Notes: generated by a model from the sequence alone, not told the origin. DNA of 34,330 nt from Verrucomicrobiales bacterium (GCA_041984905.1 JBHIXE010000003.1:1-34330), one strand, 5' to 3'; positions 17,849 through 26,987 are shown, counted from the first letter of the stretch. Made by a program: numbers and translations.

Positions 17849-19012
17849 CTAGGATTGAGTGGGCCGGCGTTGATCTGCATCCGGCTTTGGAGTTGGGGGC
17901 CGATCAATGGCCAGGATGGCGTTCCCGGTGGAATCACTGACTCGCAGCTGGAACTCCCATTGCACGGTCCAGTCCTGTTTCTGCTCGTTCTGACAGCACT
18001 TGACCAGGATGGTGTTCTTGCCTGGCTGCAGGCTGGCCTTCATCTTGTATTGGTCGATCCGCTGCCCGCGATGATACTCGTCCCGGCCGAAGAGGAACTC
18101 TCCATTGACCCAGATCTTCCAGGCATTCTTGCCACCCAGACGGAACTCAACCTCCTGGGCGCTTTCCGAATTGAACTCGGTGTAGGCATATCCCACCACT
18201 TCTTTGAGCATTCCGTAAGGCTCGTTGAAGTCCACCTTGCCGTAGGGATCTGAAGTCACCAGTGGCTGCCATTTCACTTCTCCCACCTTTCCCTGGTAGG
18301 AGGCATTGAGATCAATCTCTTCTTCCGGTGGATACACGGTATCGAATCCTGTTCGCTCGGTATTATCGAAAGGCCCGATGACGTTCCAGTGCATGAGGAA
18401 ACCGAAGTGACGTGGCAGGTCGACCTCTTCTCCGAGCTTCTTGAGGGCATCGGAGATCGTGTTGACCTGTTTGACCTCAATCGCTGCTCCGAGGGCCTGA
18501 CGATAGACCAGGATGGCGCTCTGGGCATTGCCCCCCTCGGCCAGCGTGCTTGCTTCGTCGATCAGACGCTGAACGGAGCCGTAACGGAGTTCGCTGCTGG
18601 GGTCGTTGAGCATGCCCGGCACCAATTTGGCAGCCGTGTCAGCATCTGCCCGTTTGATCAGCTCGAAGGCCAATTCACGGGCTCGACTGTCCTGACCTTT
18701 GTCCAGGAGGACACCGCCCAAACTCGCCAAGGGCATCTCCTTTCCGGCCTCGGTGTCGCGAGCCACAATGGTTTCCACGGCGCTGCGCAGATAGTTGGCG
18801 GCAAGAGGATTCGCTCCCTGCATCGAACTCAGGATCATCGGGATCTGCTCGATCTCTAACTGAGAGAGTTCGTTCCAGGCCGCGGCGGCTTCGCTATTTC
18901 CCTGAGCCTCCTGGTCGACAGCCAGGATCGTGTCGATCGCGGTTTGGGGATCTGCCAGCAGGGAAAGGGGGAGTGCCAGCGCGAGGGCGCAAACAAATGG
19001 TGTGGGGGTCAT
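17849..19012 (-). CDS. Secreted hypothetical protein: helical (HEAT/ARM-like) N-domain plus beta-sandwich (galactose-binding-like) C-domain
   Basis: Signal peptide MTPTPFVCALALALPLSLLA. The C-terminal HWNVIGPFDN...VKWQPL...GYAYTEFNSESAQEVEFRLGGKNAWKIWVNGEFLF...LQPGKNTILVKC resembles jelly-roll carbohydrate-binding modules. It lies 29 nt upstream of the PQQ-propeller gene. The fold assignment is tentative. Confidence 0.6.
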   Translation of the reverse strand: MTPTPFVCALALALPLSLLADPQTAIDTILAVDQEAQGNSEAAAAWNELSQLEIEQIPMILSSMQGANPLAANYLRSAVETIVARDTEAGKEMPLASLGGVLLDKGQDSRARELAFELIKRADADTAAKLVPGMLNDPSSELRYGSVQRLIDEASTLAEGGNAQSAILVYRQALGAAIEVKQVNTISDALKKLGEEVDLPRHFGFLMHWNVIGPFDNTERTGFDTVYPPEEEIDLNASYQGKVGEVKWQPLVTSDPYGKVDFNEPYGMLKEVVGYAYTEFNSESAQEVEFRLGGKNAWKIWVNGEFLFGRDEYHRGQRIDQYKMKASLQPGKNTILVKCCQNEQKQDWTVQWEFQLRVSDSTGNAILAIDRPPTPKPDADQRRPTQS

Positions 19013-19122
19013 CGCACAGAATCCTGGAATTGGTTTGAGCAGGTGTCAATCCGGGAACGCCCACTGGAGGATCGATGGAATGATTTGCGGGGTCCAGTTT
19101 GGGTGTTAGGGTCTATCAGCCT

Positions 19123-20520
19123 ATGGTTTCGAGCGCCTTTCGACTTTCCCTTCTTCTGGTCTTGCTCGCCTCTCTCTCTTTGAGCGGTTGTGGGGGAGTC
19201 CCGATCAGCAAGAGCGCTCTCGATGAAGGCGTGTTCGTGCTGAACAGCCGCAATCTCAAGGACACCGCCCGTGTGGAATTCGAGGGCGAGAAGTTCCCTG
19301 CGGAGATGATCGGATTCGGAGACCTGGAAGCGAGTCCGCAACTCCGCTTTCGAGGGCGGCTCACGAAGGTCGGTGGCAAGGTCCTGGATGGGAACCGGAT
19401 TCAGGTGAAGAACATCCAGACCATGAGCGAAGAAAACTTCCACGCTCAGGGAGAAGAGAAACAACGGCTCGTCGAGCAGGGGATCCTCGAAGCAGACGAA
19501 CAAACCTTTGGGGAAGCGGTCGCGGATGCAAAATCGCTTCTGATCTACGTGCACGGCTTTAACAACAGTGCCTCGGACGCGGCCAAGTTCACCATGGTCT
19601 TGAAGGGGTTCCTGGCTGAGCAATCCTGCGAACCGGTGATGATGTTTTACACATGGCCCACGGCTAAGGACATGGTTCAGGTGGCGGCTGGTGGATTGAC
19701 CAAGCGCTTAACTCTTGGGGCCATCGATGCGCCCCTCAACGACGTCTATCTGGGAGATCGCAAGAACATCGATTTGGCGGCTCACTCCCTGAACCTGCTC
19801 TACCAAGAGCTGGAAGAGACCTATCCGCACCTCAAGACTGACATCATTGCCCATAGCATGGGGAGTGAAGTGGTCCTCAAGTCCCTCTATATGTTCCACT
19901 ACCATTGCCTGGTGGAGAAACACAATCCGGAGGTCATTCGGCGGGTCGTTCTGGTAGGCGCTGATGTGGGGCTGGACACCTTCCGGATCATGGCAAAACC
20001 CACGGAAAGCGTAGCCGAGCAGGTGCTTGTCTACATCAATCCGCGGGATGCCGTCTTGAGCCAGTCCGCGGATATCAATAGCGACGCCCGGCTCGGGGCC
20101 GTGGATCCGAACGAGCTTCCCGGCATCAGTTCAAAGTTCACGTTCCTGAAGTTGCGGGACCCTATTCCCGTGAGGCCCGTCGAAGTGGTACGCTCGCTGC
20201 TGGTGAATCATAATCCGATCCGGGACAGCCGGATCATGAGGCATGCCTGCCGCTTCATTTGCAGTGGGGACATCGTTGAGCCCATGCCCGAACTGCGTTT
20301 TGAATCCTTGAACGGCGATGGGTTCCGGGGCAGTGGCGCCAACTACCATGAGGTCTACTTCGAGGAAGGCAAATTTGTCGATGCCCTGAGCGCGACTGTG
20401 ACCAAGCCCGTTCAGAGTATCCCGGTGATCTTTGAAGGTGCGGGGACCATGATTGATTCCGCCATTGGAGCTGGTCATGCCGGAAACAAGTCCGCGCTCC
20501 CTCCGCCAACGGAACCCTGA
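19123..20520 (+). CDS. Lipoprotein, alpha/beta hydrolase of the DUF900 type
   Basis: The track start 19099 is a TTG. The ATG at 19123 gives MVSSAFRLSLLLVLLASLSLSGC (lipobox LSGC). LLIYVHGFNNSASDAAKF and the nucleophile elbow IIAHSMGSEV (GxSxG) fit esterase/lipase-like DUF900. Confidence 0.7.
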   Translation: MVSSAFRLSLLLVLLASLSLSGCGGVPISKSALDEGVFVLNSRNLKDTARVEFEGEKFPAEMIGFGDLEASPQLRFRGRLTKVGGKVLDGNRIQVKNIQTMSEENFHAQGEEKQRLVEQGILEADEQTFGEAVADAKSLLIYVHGFNNSASDAAKFTMVLKGFLAEQSCEPVMMFYTWPTAKDMVQVAAGGLTKRLTLGAIDAPLNDVYLGDRKNIDLAAHSLNLLYQELEETYPHLKTDIIAHSMGSEVVLKSLYMFHYHCLVEKHNPEVIRRVVLVGADVGLDTFRIMAKPTESVAEQVLVYINPRDAVLSQSADINSDARLGAVDPNELPGISSKFTFLKLRDPIPVRPVEVVRSLLVNHNPIRDSRIMRHACRFICSGDIVEPMPELRFESLNGDGFRGSGANYHEVYFEEGKFVDALSATVTKPVQSIPVIFEGAGTMIDSAIGAGHAGNKSALPPPTEP

Positions 20521-20524
20521 AGTT

Positions 20525-21547
20525 TCAGGGGGAAATCACCCGCGTGATCCAGTCGGAGTGCCCTCGGATCCGGGTGAACACCAGGATATCGCCGTAAGTA
20601 ATGGTCGTGCGGCGCTTATCTGGAGGATAGCCGGTGCCATAGCCACTGACTCCCACAATCTTCCAGACGCCGTTGATCAGGGCCAGAGCCGGTCCGCCGC
20701 TGTCACCGGGATACGAAGCCCCTTCGAGGGGGAGTGGCTCGGCAGAACTGGTTCCCGTGCCAAACAGGCGTTGCCAGGCGCCACTGCGAACCTCCTGGAG
20801 GGTATTGCGTTCTTCGTCCCCGTTATCAAAATCAAAGAGGATCAGACCACCGGTGGTTTCTTCGGTGTAGGGGTTCACGGTGATATCTCGATCCACCATG
20901 TTTTCCGCAGCACGACGGTAGCGCGCCGGGGTCCAGGCTGCCTCGCCTGGATTGTCGCCCTTGCCGGCGTGACCGTAGCCCGCAATCAGGATGCGTTGAT
21001 TGAGCAGGCTGACATCCTCCATATGAAGGGGAAGCGGTTGGAGCCCCTCGACCGGCCGGTCCAGCTTCAAGAGGGCCACATCATGAAATTCCGCATTCAC
21101 GATCTTCTTCTCGCTGAAACGCCAGTTGGAACCTTTGAGGGGCCGCAGTTCGTCGACATCCAGTGGAATGGCGACTTCGGTCGCGACGTATTCATCAAAA
21201 CCGGCCAGGGCATCTTGCCCAAAACGGAGCCGGACCCCGGCGACGAAATCCCCATCGCGCTTCTTTTTGGTGAGGACCACATGCGCTGCGGTGATCACCC
21301 ACTGGGGAGCAATGAGGGTGGCGGACCCAATGACATCGAAGTGACTGTTGGAGTAGAGCACTCCGACCGCGCCGACGGCGTCGAAGCGGGGGTAGCCAGA
21401 ACCGCCATAAACGCCCGTGTTGGTGGCGAGATTCAGGTATTCCACCTCGTCCACATCATGACGCATCCCAATGCCGGAACCGGCAGGAGCCAGGGAAAGA
21501 AGAACCAGAATGAGGAAGAAAAATCTCGAGGCCTTGGGGAGGAGCAT
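20525..21547 (-). CDS. Secreted trypsin-like (S1 family) serine protease
   Basis: The triad contexts are intact: WVITAAHV (His), HDVALLKL (Asp), GDSGGPAL (Ser). The internal ATG at 21547 gives the signal peptide MLLPKASRFFFLILVLLSLAPAGSG; the track start 21673 adds an unlikely leader. Confidence 0.85.
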   Translation of the reverse strand: MLLPKASRFFFLILVLLSLAPAGSGIGMRHDVDEVEYLNLATNTGVYGGSGYPRFDAVGAVGVLYSNSHFDVIGSATLIAPQWVITAAHVVLTKKKRDGDFVAGVRLRFGQDALAGFDEYVATEVAIPLDVDELRPLKGSNWRFSEKKIVNAEFHDVALLKLDRPVEGLQPLPLHMEDVSLLNQRILIAGYGHAGKGDNPGEAAWTPARYRRAAENMVDRDITVNPYTEETTGGLILFDFDNGDEERNTLQEVRSGAWQRLFGTGTSSAEPLPLEGASYPGDSGGPALALINGVWKIVGVSGYGTGYPPDKRRTTITYGDILVFTRIRGHSDWITRVISP

Positions 21548-21760
21548 GGGCAGTGCCAATCTACCGCAGAAGTTACGTCTTGCTCCCGGTAAATATGCCA
21601 AATTTGTTGAGTCTTGACGGTCCGAAGTATCCTTGTTATGCAGGAGGAAGGTCACGACTCGCCCACGTGACAATTCTGTTGGCTTTCTTTCTCATTTCCT
21701 AGGCGACAGTAGAGTTGCAGCAGGCTACCTTTTAACTCTATCGCCAGCGTCTCGCTCGGT

Positions 21761-23926
21761 ATGCCCGATTCCACAGACAAAGACCAGCCCCTCGATCTCT
21801 CAGGGCTTCATATGATGCCCGACTGGGTCAATGAACTCGATTCCGCTCCTGCGAAACCGGTCTCCAAAGATTTTGAGGATCACGAGCAACCCCAGGATCG
21901 CGACCATCGCCGGGGCCCCAACGACCGGGGCCGAGGCAACTTCAATCGCGACCGGCGTCAAGGAGGTGGAGCCGGTGGTGGTGGTGCCCGAGGGCCTCGC
22001 CGGGATGATCGCGATCAGAATCGCGGCCGTGGAGGAGGTGGTGGACGGCGTCCTTATGGCCGGGACCAACGGGATGGACGGAGGGACCAGCGGCCACGCG
22101 AACAACTGCCGGAAGGGATTACGGCCCGGGTTCAGCCCAGTCCAGAATCGCTGAAGGCCCTGGTCAGCCGCATCAAGATGTCGGGCCGGGCGTTTGCGAT
22201 GTTTGACCTCGCCAAGGTCGTGCTGGGTGAACGAGACCGGTTCGAAGTCGTTTTTCGCCGAGAGGACAAGGAGAAGGGCGCCAATCTGGTCCGCTGCAAA
22301 TCGGATGGTTCGGTCTGGTTGACCCGGGAAGATGCCGTGCGGCACTTCATTGAGAGCCCTCAGGTCAGCGAGTATTACACGGTGGAAGATACCGCGGTCG
22401 AACCTCCTAAAGGGAATTTCACGACCATCGCAGTCTGCGGAATCAGCGGGGTTCTTTTGGGGCCGCCGAACCACCATGCCTATCAGACGGCGGTGCTGCG
22501 TCTGCACCGGCAACGCTTCGCGAATATGCCGATCGAGCGCTACAAATCCCGGATTCGCACCGAATCGGATGAGGCGCTCATCGAGAAGTGGAAAGAGACT
22601 CAAAGTAAGGTCACTCACTACCTCTTTCCGAAGCAGGAAGCGCCGCCAGTGACTGAGGAAGAGCCTGTCGAAGAAGCTGACCCGGAAGAGGTGACCGCGG
22701 ATGCGGTGGAGGAAACCACGGCAGAAGCCACTGAGGAAATCACGGAATCCGCAGAGCCGGTCGCAGAAGAAACCGCAGAGCCCACCGCCGCTGAAGAGGT
22801 GAGCGAGGAGGCCGAGCCAGAAGCGGCCGAGGAGCCCGAAGCTCAGGTTGCGGAGGCTGCCGAAGCAGGGGCAGAGACGGAAGAACCTGACACGGAGGAA
22901 GACGCCGAGCCTGTGGTCGCGGAAGATGCCGCTGCACCCAGGATCGAGCGGATCCAGACCCTGGAAGCTCTGGAGCGTCACGTCATCGCGAACCTGGCGG
23001 ACGTGGTCTTTGAAGAGCGCGATCGGGCCGTGGTCCCTGGGAATATCGCCGGCAAAATGCTGGCTCCTGGACTGCTCGCGATTCTCCGCAATGAAGTCGA
23101 GACCTTGCGGCGTTCTCCGTTCCCCCTGGTCAAGACGCTCTGTGGGAAGCTGGAGTCTCAGGGATTGAAGATCTTTAAGCGGCAGGGCAAGAAGCTCTTT
23201 GTGGCAAAGGCCCGGCCTCGCGCCGTGGATCTGGATACACCGATGTCCGATTCGGTGAGGAAGATCATCGATGTGGTGCAAGCTCAACCCGGCATTCGGG
23301 TGTCGGAAATGGTGACCAGCCTGGCCCCGCGCAAGCCGGATGAAGAGCCGCCCAAACAAGGCGAGCTTTCCCGGGAAGAGACCGCAGTCTTGACGGATCT
23401 GCATTGGCTCGTGGATGAAGGCTTCATCATCGAATATGCGTCCAGCGCCCTTTTCCTGGGTGGCCAACCGCGTCACTTCAGTGAGAAGGCCAAGCCGAAG
23501 ACCGAACCGAAGCCCACTGTCGACGCCAAGCCAGGTGAGAGCGAGAGTGCTCCCGCTGAACTGGAAGCAAAGGCGCCGGAAAGTGTGGAGCCGTCCGTAA
23601 GCGCGGAGGAAGCGGCGGAAGAGGCCAGCCCGAAGGAAAGCGCTTCGGTGGAGGCGGAACAGGTTCCGGTGGAGACCACTCCAGAGCCCGAGCCTGTAAA
23701 GACGGATCCTCCGTTGGACGAAGCACCGGCTGAGACCAATGCGCCCGTGGAAACGGTGCCGGAACCCGCGGAAGCACCGGAATTGACTCCGGCAGGGGAT
23801 GCGGAGGCCGCTCCTTCGGCCGAAATCGCGGAACCCATGGCAGAGCAAAGTGTCGAGTCCGACTCTGCGGAAGGACCGAATAATGAGGAAGAGGAAGATC
23901 CGAAACCGGATGCTTCTCCTTCCTGA
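21761..23926 (+). CDS. Large hypothetical protein with N-terminal RGG/Arg-rich box, two ordered-looking domains and long acidic Glu/Ala/Pro-rich linkers
   Basis: 721 aa. Residues 46-114 (nt 21896-22102) contain 22 Arg in 69 residues by my count, with Gly runs (RGRGNFNRDRRQGGGAGGGGARGPRR...RGRGGGGGRR). There is an acidic linker (EEPVEEADPEEVTADAVEETTAEATEEITESAEPVAEETAEP...) and a Pro/Glu/Ala-rich tail. No family recognised. The 752-aa antisense ORF is a shadow. Confidence 0.75.
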   Translation: MPDSTDKDQPLDLSGLHMMPDWVNELDSAPAKPVSKDFEDHEQPQDRDHRRGPNDRGRGNFNRDRRQGGGAGGGGARGPRRDDRDQNRGRGGGGGRRPYGRDQRDGRRDQRPREQLPEGITARVQPSPESLKALVSRIKMSGRAFAMFDLAKVVLGERDRFEVVFRREDKEKGANLVRCKSDGSVWLTREDAVRHFIESPQVSEYYTVEDTAVEPPKGNFTTIAVCGISGVLLGPPNHHAYQTAVLRLHRQRFANMPIERYKSRIRTESDEALIEKWKETQSKVTHYLFPKQEAPPVTEEEPVEEADPEEVTADAVEETTAEATEEITESAEPVAEETAEPTAAEEVSEEAEPEAAEEPEAQVAEAAEAGAETEEPDTEEDAEPVVAEDAAAPRIERIQTLEALERHVIANLADVVFEERDRAVVPGNIAGKMLAPGLLAILRNEVETLRRSPFPLVKTLCGKLESQGLKIFKRQGKKLFVAKARPRAVDLDTPMSDSVRKIIDVVQAQPGIRVSEMVTSLAPRKPDEEPPKQGELSREETAVLTDLHWLVDEGFIIEYASSALFLGGQPRHFSEKAKPKTEPKPTVDAKPGESESAPAELEAKAPESVEPSVSAEEAAEEASPKESASVEAEQVPVETTPEPEPVKTDPPLDEAPAETNAPVETVPEPAEAPELTPAGDAEAAPSAEIAEPMAEQSVESDSAEGPNNEEEEDPKPDASPS

Positions 23927-23946
23927 AGACCAATAGGATTTGCTAT

Positions 23947-24516
23947 TTGAAGGAAGATCTGACGATTTGGACCCAGGCCTTTGGGCGTGAGCCCTGCTCG
24001 GAATGGGCGAACGAAGAGTTCCCGGGTATCGAGATCCTGGAGTATCCGCCGGTAACAACTGGTCTGTTCCGAAAACGGGGAAAGGTTGCCGCAGACCGGA
24101 GGATCGTAGTGACGTCCGGCATTCGTGACCATACCGGCCACGAGGTGGAATTCATTGCCTTCCCGGAAGGGGACCGGGCACCAGGAGAACCAGATGGACC
24201 CAGCCCGGAAGTCGATCTCTTCTTTGACCTGGTGCGCTTTGCCGCCGCCACCCAGGGACAGATCCATGGCGGCGATACGGTGACTTTAGTGGAGCCGGAT
24301 GGGGATCAAGCCAGCTACATGCTCCTGCTACCATTTTTGGAAGGGCCGTCCTGGTTGCCCGCCTCCAGTTCCAATCTGGAAATCCTGGAGGTATTCCCCA
24401 TCTTTGAAGGGGAACTCGCCCTCAAGAAATCTGAAGGACTTGAGTCCCTGATCTCCCGATTTGAGGAGGCCGGGGTTCCGACCTCCTTCAGCTTGAATCG
24501 CACTCCTGTTGCCTAA
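23947..24516 (+). CDS. Suppressor-of-fused (SUFU)-like domain protein
   Basis: 189 aa with a TTG start (no in-frame ATG in the first 120+ codons). IWTQAFGREP...FPGIEILEYPP...RIVVTSGIRD...VEFIAFPEG resembles bacterial SUFU-like (PF05076-type) proteins. It lies 20 nt downstream of the RGG/acidic gene. Confidence 0.5.
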   Translation: MKEDLTIWTQAFGREPCSEWANEEFPGIEILEYPPVTTGLFRKRGKVAADRRIVVTSGIRDHTGHEVEFIAFPEGDRAPGEPDGPSPEVDLFFDLVRFAAATQGQIHGGDTVTLVEPDGDQASYMLLLPFLEGPSWLPASSSNLEILEVFPIFEGELALKKSEGLESLISRFEEAGVPTSFSLNRTPVA

Positions 24517-24520
24517 GGGC

Positions 24521-25645
24521 TTACCAGGAAGGGTTGATTCCAAACCGGGATGCGATTTCCAACAGCTCAGGGCGGACCGGCCAGCTATCGGCGGTTTCCC
24601 CTTCTTCAGGAGCATTGCGTTCGCTGGCTCCCTTGAGTGCCATGCAGCCTTCGTTGTCGCCAATCTTCTCAATCTCGGCGATCTCCTCCTTCGTCAGAAG
24701 GACCTTCTCTGGAAGGGCGGCTAATTCATCGAGTTCCTCTTCGATGGATTTGACGCCTTCGCCAACTTCCTGAATCAGAGTCGGGGCCACGGATTTCACC
24801 GCAGGCTGAGCCAGATCCCATTGGCAGGCCAGCTGCAGCAGAGTGAGGCCGTGCCCCTTGGCGATTTCCCGCATCCGTTCAAGTTTGGCGTGGGCATGAT
24901 CCACCCAGCCTGCCGGACGGTAGGCGCGGTGATCGCCATCTTTGAATTCGTGTCCCGGGCGCATGATGTCGTGAAACATGCCGCCGTAGTCCACCACGCG
25001 GGTGATCACATCGATGTTCTTGGCTTCGGCCACTGGCAGGACGTGGCGCATCGGCCATGGCTCCAGGGGATTGAGAATCACCATGGCCCAATCGATCCGA
25101 TCCCCGAACTTCTCGAAGCAATAGATCAGATCCATGACAAAGCCGTTGGCGGGGCCGGGAGCAATGCCGACCAGTTCAATGAGTCCCTTTTCCTTCAGGG
25201 AATCCATGGCATCCCAGACGGCGGGATCGGTGTAACCGATCGAGTCTGGATTGTGGAGCATGACCATATCCAGCCGGTCCGTTCCGCAGCGCTCGGCACA
25301 CTTCTCCGTCGCCATTTGCAGGTAGTCCGCGTAGCCATCTTTGCCGCGGAGCTCAGGATTGGTAAACCGCTGGTAGCCTTTGGCGCCCTGACGCTGGCCT
25401 TCGTAGATATCGTGGCCGAGAAGCCCAACCAGGCAATAGCTGTCGCGGTCGATTCCCTTGAGCGCCTTGCCCAGCATGTCATCGGCGCGTCCGGTGCCAT
25501 AGACATCGCTGGTGACAAAGGTGCGAATTCCCTTTTCGTAGGCGGATTGAATCAGCTTCTCGAGCCGTGCCTCTTCAAGGCATTCGCCGAAATGCATGAA
25601 GCGTCCGCCGCTCCAGGTGCCGTAAGCCGTCGTGGTAACATTCAT
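24521..25645 (-). CDS. Aldo/keto reductase family oxidoreductase
   Basis: GTWSGGRFMHFGE...AYEKGIRTFVTSDVYGTGRADDMLGKAL...LDMVMLHNPD...GIAPGPANGF: an AKR-like pattern with a C-terminal extension. Confidence 0.85.
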   Translation of the reverse strand: MNVTTTAYGTWSGGRFMHFGECLEEARLEKLIQSAYEKGIRTFVTSDVYGTGRADDMLGKALKGIDRDSYCLVGLLGHDIYEGQRQGAKGYQRFTNPELRGKDGYADYLQMATEKCAERCGTDRLDMVMLHNPDSIGYTDPAVWDAMDSLKEKGLIELVGIAPGPANGFVMDLIYCFEKFGDRIDWAMVILNPLEPWPMRHVLPVAEAKNIDVITRVVDYGGMFHDIMRPGHEFKDGDHRAYRPAGWVDHAHAKLERMREIAKGHGLTLLQLACQWDLAQPAVKSVAPTLIQEVGEGVKSIEEELDELAALPEKVLLTKEEIAEIEKIGDNEGCMALKGASERNAPEEGETADSWPVRPELLEIASRFGINPSW

Positions 25646-25719
25646 GATGCTGCAATCAACTTGGACAAGGAGCTTTGTTCAAGCCGCACCTTGTCATTCC
25701 TCATACGAATCTTGCTCTC

Positions 25720-26898
25720 TTAGCGGACCTTCGCGAAAGCTTCAACTGCCTTCCGAAGATCGTCTTCGGTATGCGCCGCGGAAATCTGGACTCGAATGCG
25801 CGCTTCGGCTTTAGGGACCACGGGGTAGGAGAAGGCGATCACATAGATCCCTTCCTGGAGTAGGGCATCGGCCATTTCGGTAGCCTTGGCGGCGTCACCA
25901 ATCATGATGGGAATGATGGGATGCTCTCCTTCCAGGACGTTGAATTCGGCCTCGGTGATGAGTTGGCGGAACAACGCGGTATTGCTGTTCAACTGGTTCC
26001 TCAGTTGAGCGCCGCGCTCAGACTGCACCAGGTCGAGGACCTTGAGAGTGGTCGCGACGATGGGAGGTGCGATCGAGTTGCTGAAGAGGTAGGGCCGGCT
26101 GCGTTGCCGCAGGAGATCGACGATTTCCTTTCGAGCGCTGGTAAATCCGCCCGTGGCGCCGCCGAGGGCTTTGCCCAGGGTGCTCGTGATGATGTCCACC
26201 CGGTTCGAGACCCCACAGAAGGCCGGAGTGCCTTTGCCTCCCGGACCAAAGAAGCCGGTGGCGTGGCTGTCATCCACCATCACCAAAGCTCCAAATTGAT
26301 CCGCGAGATCACAAATACCCTGCAGATTCGCCACGTGACCGTCCATGGAGAAGACTCCATCCGTGACGATGAGCATGGTGCGAGCGCCTGCATTGGCGGC
26401 CTGGTCCAGGCAACTCTCCAATTCAGCCATATCACGGTTGGCATAGCGATAGCGTCTGGCTTTGCAGAGCCGGACCCCATCGATGATGCTCGCGTGATTC
26501 AGGGCATCGCTGATGACCGCATCTTCCGGGCCGAGGATGGTTTCAAAGAGCCCGCCATTGGCATCGAAACAGGAGGAATAGAGGATCGTGGCATCTTTCT
26601 CCAGAAAGGAGGAGAGGCGCTGCTCCAATTCCTGGTGAATCGCCTGAGTGCCACAGATAAACCGTGCGGAAGCCAGGCCGAAGCCCCAGTGATCGAGCGC
26701 TTCATGAGCTGCCTGGATGATCTCCAGATCGTTGGCAAGACCCAGGTAGTTGTTGGCACAGAGATTGAGGAGGTCGCCATTGACCTGAATGTGAGGCTGC
26801 TGGGCGGACTGAATGATCCGCTCCCGCTTGGTCAGTCCGCTCGCTTCAATTTCGGCAAGCGTGTTCTGAAAGCGTTCCTGGTTCGCTTTTTGGTACAT
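25720..26898 (-). CDS. kbl: Glycine C-acetyltransferase (2-amino-3-ketobutyrate CoA ligase)
   Basis: [51 protein letters not shown]...[18 protein letters not shown]...[11 protein letters not shown]...TDGVFSMDG...VDDSHATGF...STLGKALGG closely parallels E. coli Kbl as I recall it. Confidence 0.92.
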   Translation of the reverse strand: MYQKANQERFQNTLAEIEASGLTKRERIIQSAQQPHIQVNGDLLNLCANNYLGLANDLEIIQAAHEALDHWGFGLASARFICGTQAIHQELEQRLSSFLEKDATILYSSCFDANGGLFETILGPEDAVISDALNHASIIDGVRLCKARRYRYANRDMAELESCLDQAANAGARTMLIVTDGVFSMDGHVANLQGICDLADQFGALVMVDDSHATGFFGPGGKGTPAFCGVSNRVDIITSTLGKALGGATGGFTSARKEIVDLLRQRSRPYLFSNSIAPPIVATTLKVLDLVQSERGAQLRNQLNSNTALFRQLITEAEFNVLEGEHPIIPIMIGDAAKATEMADALLQEGIYVIAFSYPVVPKAEARIRVQISAAHTEDDLRKAVEAFAKVR

Positions 26899-26987
26899 GA
26901 CTGGGGTTGGTTTGGGGCTTGTACCTTACTAATACCTCAAGGCCACGCGGCCAAACACCGCTTTTTCTGTCATGTGCCCTGCAGGAT

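Noticed and set aside
20513-20532. CCTGAAgtTTCAGG palindrome containing both stop codons of the DUF900 and protease genes, considered as a terminator
   Set aside because: A 2-nt loop cannot form a stable hairpin and there is no T-run. The symmetry largely follows from two facing TGA codons.
21800-24058. 752-aa ORF on the minus strand, longer than the plus-strand gene it mirrors
   Set aside because: Its translation is Arg/Leu/Phe/Gly-rich nonsense (LRFGLRLGLL..., FRRFLRAY...). That is what the reverse complement of GAA/GAG/GCC/CCG-rich acidic repeats produces. The plus-strand frame has ordered, protein-like segments and a sensible start. I treat it as a shadow ORF.
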